Positions 1-6,210 are shown, numbered from the stretch's first letter. The stretch is 6,233 bases of DNA from Prasinococcaceae sp. CCMP 1430 (GCA_013416795.1 RQSC01000466.1:5054-11286); one strand, 5' to 3'. Numbers and translations are program-made. The notes: generated from the sequence alone by a model not told the origin.

Positions 1-1
1 C

Positions 2-1128
2 GCCGCCGGCCGCGCTCGCGCGGCGACCGCCGGCGAGGCCGCCGCGTCCTCGGAGTCCGCCGCGCACATCCTCACGATGGACTCGACGCCCGGCGGGCCG
101 GGCCAGCTGCCCGAGGGCCTGCGGGGCGTCATCCCGCCCGAGGACGAGGAGGAGGTCAACCTGGAGGGCTCGCTCAAACGGCTGGTGTACATCCGCAACG
201 AGAAGTTCGTGGGCTTCGCCGAGGCCGACGCCACCGAGCACGTGGTGTCCTCGAGCTTCTCCGAGCACAAAATGGGCAAGGTGCTGCGCGGCAAGTACAG
301 CGAACGGGCGGACGTGGACGGCGCGGGCGAAGGCGCCGCCGGCGAAGCCTCCGCGGCGGCGTCGAAGCCGTCCGCCAAGCTCGCCGCGACGAGGAAGTGG
401 TGGTCGATGAAGGGGCCCAAGGAGGACGAGTGGGCCGGCGCCGCCGACGTGCTCGAATACTCGCGCCGCCACGTGGCGCGCGTCTACCCCGGCGGCGAGC
501 GCGTGGACAGCTCCAACTACGACCCCACGCCGCTGTGGTGCGTGGGCTGCCAGGTGGTGGCGCTCAACGCGCAGGGGCGCGACAAGCCCACCTGGCGCAA
601 CGCGGGCAAGTTCCTCGCCAACGGCGCGTGCGGCTACGTGCTCAAGCCGCACTACATGCGCCAGGCGCAGGGGAAGGGCGACGCCAGCGCGGGCGCCGGC
701 TGGCTTCCGGACGCGCCGGGGAGGGCGCGGGTGCGCCTGAGGGTCAAGGTGCTCTCCGCGACGGGCTACACCGGGGGCTGGGGATTCGAGGGCAAGCCCG
801 ATTTGTACACAAAGTTGGAGGTGAACGGCGTGCCCGCCGACTGCGCCAAGTGCCAGACGCGCGTCATCGCGAACGACGCGGCGCCGTCGTGGAATCGCGC
901 CTTCGCCTTCGACCTCGCCGCACCCGAGCTGGCGGTGCTCACGCTGCAGGTGAAGGAGTCCGACTACGTCAACTCGGACTTCATGGGGCAGGTAGCGTTG
1001 CCCGTGGGCGAGCTGCGCGAGGGCAAGCTCGCGCTGCCCTTGCTGGGCCGCAAGGGCGCGCCCAGCGCGCGCTTCGGCGCGCCGATACTGCACGTGGAGG
1101 TCGCCAAGGAGGACCTCGCGCAGAAGAG
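2..1128 (+). CDS. PLC: Phosphoinositide-specific phospholipase C (delta/plant-like), 5'-partial exon: X-Y linker, PI-PLC-Y domain and C2 domain
   Basis: The frame is open from base 2, so ATG 77 is probably internal and the X domain lies upstream of the window. Y-box motifs SFSE, ARVYPGGERVDSSNYDP, WCVGCQVVALN and NGACGYVLKP match the PI-PLC-Y consensus (SRIYP..R.DSSNY.P..W..GCQ.VALN / NG.CGYVLKP). They are followed by a C2 domain (LRVKVLSA..PDLYTKLEV..GVPAD..P.WN..F.F..PELAVL.L.V..SD...DFMGQ..LP). Codon third positions are strongly G/C. The exon ends at AAGAG|GTGTGT. Confidence 0.95.
173..661 (+). other. PI-PLC Y catalytic half-domain, with a ~54-aa insertion
   Basis: LKRLVYIR...GYVLKPHYMR. 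The Ser of SFSE and the Arg/Tyr of RVYP, which are inositol-phosphate-contacting residues in PLC-delta1, are retained. Confidence 0.9.
731..1102 (+). other. PLC-type C2 domain
   Basis: Beta-strand pattern RLRVKVLSA / PDLYTKLEVNG / APSWNRAFAFDL / LAVLTLQVKESD / DFMGQVALPV / ILHVEV. Acidic loop residues are in PDLY and KESDYVNSD. Confidence 0.88.
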
Positions 1129-1219
1129 GTGTGTGTGCGCGCGCGCGCGCGTGCAGATGTGCGCGCGAGGCTGCGCGCCGCAAAAGTGCTCACGCGCGCG
1201 CCGCGCGCGCGCGCCGCAG
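1129..1219 (+). other. Predicted spliceosomal GT-AG intron, phase 2, 91 nt
   Basis: Donor AG|GTGTGT at 1129, (GC)n low-complexity interior, branch-like GCTCAC at 1188-1193, and CCGCAG at 1214-1219 as the first AG after it. Protein similarity and coding-like sequence stop at this point. An alternative acceptor CACAG at 1237 gives the same frame. Confidence 0.7.
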
Positions 1220-1310
1220 GGCGGGGCGCGCACACAGCCTCCTCATCGGTGGCGCCGAGGGCGCAGGCGCGGCCGGCGGGGGCGCGGGCTGCACGTGCGC
1301 GGTGTCGTAG
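1220..1310 (+). CDS. PLC: Predicted terminal exon of PI-PLC: (R)AGRAHSLLIGGAEGAGAAGGGAGCTCAVS*, ending in a CaaX box
   Basis: In frame with the upstream exon through either acceptor (1219 or 1237). G/C-ending codons, TAG at 1308-1310, last four residues Cys-Ala-Val-Ser. Confidence 0.7.
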
Positions 1311-1923
1311 GCGCCGTGTGGGCGGCGCCTTCGGATGCCACACACGAGCACCAAATTAGGAGACATATTTACCAGAAGCACGCCCACCCACACGAGGGCT
1401 CTGCCGGCGTGCGTCGCTCCCCTCGCTCTGCGAGGAGGGCTGGAGACCGCTCTGCACCGACGCGCGCGCAGGGGCGTGCGGGGCGGGGCGGTACGCAAGC
1501 GGCTGTGCTCGCGAGGCGGCGGCCATTTATAAAACGCGACAATGTCACATGAAGAAGAAGAGGAGGAATAGATACTGTAGGAGGGAGCACGACCGGCGCG
1601 CCAGACGGGCGCACAGGCGAGTGCCGAGCTCGCGCCCACGCGCGCCCACGCGCGCCAACGACGCGGCCGGCGGCGGGTGCGCGGCGCGCGCGACGGCTCC
1701 CGCACGCGGATGCGCGCGCGCGCCTGTCCGCACGCGCGGACGCACGCGCGGGTCTGCGCGGTGTCGGAAGCACGAAAGGGGGCGTCAGGAGGGCGAGCCG
1801 GACGGCGGCGGCCTCGGCAGGCACGCGGCGGCCTCGGCAGGCACGCGGCGGACTCAGCAGGCATGCGCCGCCACGCCAACGCCGGCGCTGACTCCGGCAA
1901 CGAGCGCCTCGCGCGCGCGCGCG
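1238..1923. repeat. 686-bp direct repeat, copy 1 (most of the PLC last exon, 3' UTR and downstream DNA)
   Basis: No difference seen by eye versus 3744-4429. The offset is a constant 2506 at both ends and for the duplicated ORFs (1335/3841, 1545/4051). It ends at the single N at 1924. Confidence 0.95.
1805..1867. repeat. 20-bp tandem repeat x3 (GCGGCGGCCTCGGCAGGCAC)
   Basis: Units 1805-1824 and 1825-1844 are identical, and 1845-1864 has 3 mismatches (GCGGCGGACTCAGCAGGCAT). The array recurs at 4311-4373 in the duplicate. Confidence 0.9.
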
Positions 1924-1924
1924 N

Positions 1925-3592
1925 GCTGGTGAGGCACCCCTTCTCCCGAAGTTACGGGGTCATTTTGCCGAGTTCCTTAGAGAGAGTTCACTCGCGCCCC
2001 TTGGTCTTCTCAACCACCCTACCTGTGTCGGTTTCTGGTACAGGTTTCTAAAAACACATGATATTCTGCTTTTCTTGGACAATGTGAACGATATCATAAA
2101 CACCATGCAGCTATGATAGAATTGTTATTGCCGTCACAAATAACTAATTTTTAGAAAGTTTAGGAATATTAACCTAATTGTCATCGACTACGCCGTTCGG
2201 CCTCGCCTTAGTTCCTGACTAACCCTCCGCGGACGAGCCTTGCGAGAGGAAACCTTAGGGTCTCAGGGCATGGGATTCTCACCCATGTTTTCGCTACTCA
2301 AGCCGACATTCTCACTTCTGTTTTGTCCACATGTCCTTTCGATCATGCTTCAATCAAGAACAGAACGCTCCCCTACCGATCAACGTTTAAAAGTTGATCC
2401 CACAGCTTCGGCAGTATACTTAGTCCCTTTCATTTTCGGTGCAACGACGCTTGATCAGTGATCTGTTACGAACTCTTTAAAGGATAGCTGCTTCTAGGCG
2501 AACCTTCTGATTGTCTTTGCGTTGTCACTTCCTTTACCACTTAGCATACATTTTGGGGCCTTAGCCGGTGGTCTGGGCTGTTTCCCTCTTGACAATGGAG
2601 CTTATCCCCCACAGTCTTACTGGCACTTTGAAATCACACAAAGTATTCTGAGTTTGCATTAATTTGGTACAGATCTCTCCGCCCGCATTAAAACAGTGCT
2701 TTACCCCTTTGTGGACCATAAATTACCGCTGCGCCTCAACGCATTTCGGGGAGAACCAGCTAGCTCCGAGTTCGATTGGCATTTCACCCCTACCCACAGG
2801 TCATCCGCTCATTTTTCAACATAAGTCGGTTCGGACCTCCACCCCATTTTACTGGGGATTCATCCTGCCCATGGGTAGATCACCCGGGTTCGGGTCCTTT
2901 ACATATGACAAACGCGCTATTCACACTCGCTTTCGCTTAGGCTTCTGAGCGGAACTCATTAACCAAGCCACATGCAAAGAGTCGCCGGCTCATTCTTCAA
3001 CAGGCACGCAGTCAAACGTTAAATCGTCCTCCTACTGCTTGTAAGCATACGGTTTCATATTCTTTTTCACTCCCCTATGGGGGTTCTTTTCACCATTCCC
3101 TCGCGGTACTGTTCACTATCGGTCATCAAGGAGTATTTAGCCTTACGAGGTGGTTCTCGCAGATTCACACGAAATTCCACATGTTTCATGCTACTTGGGA
3201 TGTCACTCTTTAGTTTTATAAATTTTAAGCTACAAGACTATCACTTTCTTTGGTTTGTCATTCAAACAATTCGCGTAAATATATAATTTTAAGATTTTGG
3301 ACTCCCTCAACCAGTTAATCAAATAAGTTAACTTTTGGGCTGTTCCCATTTCGTTCGCCACTACTCCGGGAATCGCTTTTGCTTTCTTTTCCACAAGCTA
3401 CTAAGATGTTTCAGTTCACTTGGTTTTCTCATTTTTTCCTATGCATTCAGAAAAATGTTTTAAAGGTTATCCTATTCGGGAATCTTCATATCATAGCTTA
3501 ATGCCAGCTCCATGAAGCATATCGTCGGTTTTTACGCCCTTCTTCGACTCTTGATACCTAGGTATCCCCCATATGCCCTTTGTTTATTGATC
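1925..3592 (-). rRNA. rrl: Plastid-type 23S (LSU) rRNA, 5' ~1.67 kb only, truncated near the start of domain IV
   Basis: Reverse complement begins ~GATCAATAAACAAAGGGCATATGGGGGATACCTAGG, a 23S 5'-end pattern. Plus-strand matches to antisense 23S motifs include CCTTCTCCCGAAGTTACGGGGTCATTTTGCCGAGTTCCTTAGAGAGAG, CTCAAGCCGACATTCTCAC, GGGGAGAACCAGCTAGCTCC..GGCATTTCACCCCT (cyanobacterial/plastid-type from recall) and GCTACTAAGATGTTTCAGTTC. The 5' boundary is approximate. Confidence 0.93.
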
Positions 3593-3634
3593 TTTTTCTT
3601 TTTTATAATGCTATATAGAGAGTTAAACTCTCTC

Positions 3635-3707
3635 TGGAGGTAAGCGGACTTGAACCGCTGACATCTGCCTTGCAAAGGCAGTGCTCTACCAACTAAGCTA
3701 TACCCCC
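3635..3707 (-). tRNA. trnA: tRNA-Ala(UGC), intronless, 73 nt
   Basis: Folds as a full cloverleaf: acceptor GGGGGTA/TACCTCC with the G3:U70 Ala identity pair, anticodon arm CTGCC-TTTGCAA-GGCAG, T arm AGCGG-TTCAAGT-CCGCT, discriminator A. Confidence 0.97.
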
Positions 3708-3710
3708 ACC

Positions 3711-3746
3711 TGGGCTATTCTGGACTTGAACCAGAGACCTCACCCT
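3711..3746 (-). pseudogene. trnI: 3' half of tRNA-Ile (probably GAU), broken in the anticodon loop
   Basis: Reverse complement AGGGTGAGGTCTCTGGTTCAAGTCCAGAATAGCCCA gives the 3' anticodon stem, T arm TCTGG-TTCAAGT-CCAGA and acceptor ATAGCCC-A. The anticodon is absent, so identity is inferred from the acceptor sequence and the position directly upstream of trnA. Confidence 0.88.
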
Positions 3747-4429
3747 CCTCATCGGTGGCGCCGAGGGCGCAGGCGCGGCCGGCGGGGGCGCGGGCTGCAC
3801 GTGCGCGGTGTCGTAGGCGCCGTGTGGGCGGCGCCTTCGGATGCCACACACGAGCACCAAATTAGGAGACATATTTACCAGAAGCACGCCCACCCACACG
3901 AGGGCTCTGCCGGCGTGCGTCGCTCCCCTCGCTCTGCGAGGAGGGCTGGAGACCGCTCTGCACCGACGCGCGCGCAGGGGCGTGCGGGGCGGGGCGGTAC
4001 GCAAGCGGCTGTGCTCGCGAGGCGGCGGCCATTTATAAAACGCGACAATGTCACATGAAGAAGAAGAGGAGGAATAGATACTGTAGGAGGGAGCACGACC
4101 GGCGCGCCAGACGGGCGCACAGGCGAGTGCCGAGCTCGCGCCCACGCGCGCCCACGCGCGCCAACGACGCGGCCGGCGGCGGGTGCGCGGCGCGCGCGAC
4201 GGCTCCCGCACGCGGATGCGCGCGCGCGCCTGTCCGCACGCGCGGACGCACGCGCGGGTCTGCGCGGTGTCGGAAGCACGAAAGGGGGCGTCAGGAGGGC
4301 GAGCCGGACGGCGGCGGCCTCGGCAGGCACGCGGCGGCCTCGGCAGGCACGCGGCGGACTCAGCAGGCATGCGCCGCCACGCCAACGCCGGCGCTGACTC
4401 CGGCAACGAGCGCCTCGCGCGCGCGCGCG
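3744..4429. repeat. 686-bp direct repeat, copy 2, including an orphan copy of the CaaX-coding sequence (3744-3816)
   Basis: Matches 1238-1923 at offset 2506 and ends at the first N of the large gap, at the base equivalent to the end of copy 1. Confidence 0.95.
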
Positions 4430-5490
4430 NNNNNNNNNNNNNNNNNNNNNNNNNNNNNNNNNNNNNNNNNNNNNNNNNNNNNNNNNNNNNNNNNNNNNNN
4501 NNNNNNNNNNNNNNNNNNNNNNNNNNNNNNNNNNNNNNNNNNNNNNNNNNNNNNNNNNNNNNNNNNNNNNNNNNNNNNNNNNNNNNNNNNNNNNNNNNNN
4601 NNNNNNNNNNNNNNNNNNNNNNNNNNNNNNNNNNNNNNNNNNNNNNNNNNNNNNNNNNNNNNNNNNNNNNNNNNNNNNNNNNNNNNNNNNNNNNNNNNNN
4701 NNNNNNNNNNNNNNNNNNNNNNNNNNNNNNNNNNNNNNNNNNNNNNNNNNNNNNNNNNNNNNNNNNNNNNNNNNNNNNNNNNNNNNNNNNNNNNNNNNNN
4801 NNNNNNNNNNNNNNNNNNNNNNNNNNNNNNNNNNNNNNNNNNNNNNNNNNNNNNNNNNNNNNNNNNNNNNNNNNNNNNNNNNNNNNNNNNNNNNNNNNNN
4901 NNNNNNNNNNNNNNNNNNNNNNNNNNNNNNNNNNNNNNNNNNNNNNNNNNNNNNNNNNNNNNNNNNNNNNNNNNNNNNNNNNNNNNNNNNNNNNNNNNNN
5001 NNNNNNNNNNNNNNNNNNNNNNNNNNNNNNNNNNNNNNNNNNNNNNNNNNNNNNNNNNNNNNNNNNNNNNNNNNNNNNNNNNNNNNNNNNNNNNNNNNNN
5101 NNNNNNNNNNNNNNNNNNNNNNNNNNNNNNNNNNNNNNNNNNNNNNNNNNNNNNNNNNNNNNNNNNNNNNNNNNNNNNNNNNNNNNNNNNNNNNNNNNNN
5201 NNNNNNNNNNNNNNNNNNNNNNNNNNNNNNNNNNNNNNNNNNNNNNNNNNNNNNNNNNNNNNNNNNNNNNNNNNNNNNNNNNNNNNNNNNNNNNNNNNNN
5301 NNNNNNNNNNNNNNNNNNNNNNNNNNNNNNNNNNNNNNNNNNNNNNNNNNNNNNNNNNNNNNNNNNNNNNNNNNNNNNNNNNNNNNNNNNNNNNNNNNNN
5401 NNNNNNNNNNNNNCGCGCGTGCCGCGCCGCCGCCCGGTACTCCTCGGCGCCGCCGTCGGCGCGCGCGTCCGGCGGGATGCACGGCGGCAT
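4360..5490 (-). CDS. Possible gene of unknown function spanning the gap (start MPPCIPPDARADGGAEEYRAAARHA..., end ...REALVAGVSAGVGVAAHAC*)
   Basis: ATG at 5490 in a GCAACCATG context, G/C-rich third positions on both gap flanks, TGA at 4362-4360, convergent with PLC. No family is recognisable and continuity across the Ns cannot be shown. A plus-strand frame at 5414-5600 shares the same third positions and is an equally possible reading. Confidence 0.25.
   Translation of the reverse strand: MPPCIPPDARADGGAEEYRAAARHAXXXXXXXXXXXXXXXXXXXXXXXXXXXXXXXXXXXXXXXXXXXXXXXXXXXXXXXXXXXXXXXXXXXXXXXXXXXXXXXXXXXXXXXXXXXXXXXXXXXXXXXXXXXXXXXXXXXXXXXXXXXXXXXXXXXXXXXXXXXXXXXXXXXXXXXXXXXXXXXXXXXXXXXXXXXXXXXXXXXXXXXXXXXXXXXXXXXXXXXXXXXXXXXXXXXXXXXXXXXXXXXXXXXXXXXXXXXXXXXXXXXXXXXXXXXXXXXXXXXXXXXXXXXXXXXXXXXXXXXXXXXXXXXXXXXXXXXXXXXXXXXXXXXXXXXXXXXXXXXXXXXXXXXXXARAREALVAGVSAGVGVAAHAC
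4430..5413. other. Assembly gap (984 N)
   Basis: Run of N flanked on both sides by CG-dinucleotide repeats. Confidence 0.99.
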
Positions 5491-6185
5491 GGTTGCCCCT
5501 GCGGCCGCTCCCACCGCCACCGCCACCACCGCGCACACACCTCTCTCCTCCGAAGACGGCGGCGACCGCTACCTGCCCTGCTACCTACCCTCCCCCCGAC
5601 GGCGCGACCGCGCGCGCTGTCGCGCGCTCGCCGCCCCCCTCCGCCCCCGCGCAACCCGGGAATTACACGGCGCGCGCGCGCCCCCTCGGCCTCGCCGCCC
5701 TCTCTACCTCTCGCCTCCTCCCCTCTCACCCCGTCCGGCCCCTCCCTCGCAGCGGCGGCGGCGGCGGCGGCGCTGGGTGGGTGGGTGGTGGGGGGGGGGA
5801 GGGGCACGACAGCGCGCGCGCTGTGGCGCCGCAGCGCGAGGCGGCGGAAGCGCACCATCGCCGCGACGACATCGCGGCGATGAATATCCTTCTTGCAACT
5901 CCATTTGATATATGTATTTACGTATTGAGCGTCTTAAAATGGTAGATTTCTGCGGTTTCGTTTGGCGCCCGGTCAGCGCGTCCGCAGACGCGCCGGAGGG
6001 GCAGCGCCGGCAACGACCAAATGTACGGAATAGAATTTAAAAGGCATTTCATTCCGTCGAATGTGAGCATTTAAACGTTATATGATATGTATCTCGTCGG
6101 GATGATGGCTCAATTTAAATGTCACTTTCTGCAGTTTGTGGGGTGTTGATTTTTTTGTTGGTTTTTTTCCGAGGGCGCCGCTGCG

Positions 6186-6210
<25 letters not shown>
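6186..6210. repeat. (GCC)n trinucleotide microsatellite
   Basis: Directly visible GCCGCCGCC... run. A similar (GCG)n run lies at about 5752-5772. Confidence 0.8.

Larger units (their letters stand above)
1925..3746 (-). other. Plastid rRNA-operon segment embedded in a nuclear scaffold (NUPT or mis-scaffolded/chimeric plastid contig)
   Basis: Abrupt drop in GC content. The minus-strand order trnI-trnA-23S is the cyanobacterial/plastid operon order. The left edge is a single N, and the right edge joins host DNA without a gap. Confidence 0.85.

Noticed and set aside
77-79. ATG 77 as the PLC start codon
   Set aside because: The frame is open back to the window edge and the X domain that a PI-PLC needs is missing, so the gene starts upstream.
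1129-1552. Arg-rich C-terminal ~140 aa of the 491-aa ORF as real PLC sequence
   Set aside because: It begins exactly at a GT donor, runs through (GC)n repeats, has low-complexity R/A/G composition and no domain signal. A spliced in-frame exon ending in CaaX explains the region better.
1500-1600. Green-algal TGTAA polyadenylation signal for PLC
   Set aside because: No exact TGTAA on either strand here, only an AT-rich patch, so no terminator feature was called.
1805-1867. CRISPR-like array
   Set aside because: The units are directly adjacent with no spacers, the context is eukaryotic and there are no cas genes.
397-1900. Overlapping long ORFs (397-1359 +, 964-1233 -, 981-1343 -, 1190-1900 -, 1369-1824 -, 1549-1932 + and others)
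   Set aside because: Stop-poor shadow frames expected in very GC-rich DNA, with R/A/P/G-biased products and no motifs.
2240-3286. ORFs 2240-2461, 2664-2948 and 3077-3286
   Set aside because: They lie antisense to the 23S rRNA. Such frames are a well-known source of spurious hypothetical proteins.
1925-3746. Mitochondrial or free-living bacterial origin of the rRNA block
   Set aside because: The trnI-trnA-23S order argues against mitochondria, and the CAGCTAGCTCC/GGCATTTCACC and GAGTTCCTTAGAGAGAG signatures are cyanobacterial/plastid-type from recall. The tRNAs lack encoded CCA and the spacers are minimal. Not fully excluded without BLAST.
3681-4058. 125-aa ORF MLYQLSYTPTWAILDLNQRPHP...
   Set aside because: A chimera of antisense tRNA sequence and the duplicated host segment read in a non-coding frame.
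1238-4429. LTR retrotransposon or composite transposon carrying rDNA
   Set aside because: The direct repeats are host gene 3'-end sequence, lack TG...CA ends and visible TSDs, enclose no transposase or RT, and both end at assembly Ns.
3693-5908. Long ORFs of 553-721 aa crossing the N run
   Set aside because: They are open only because N codons translate as X.
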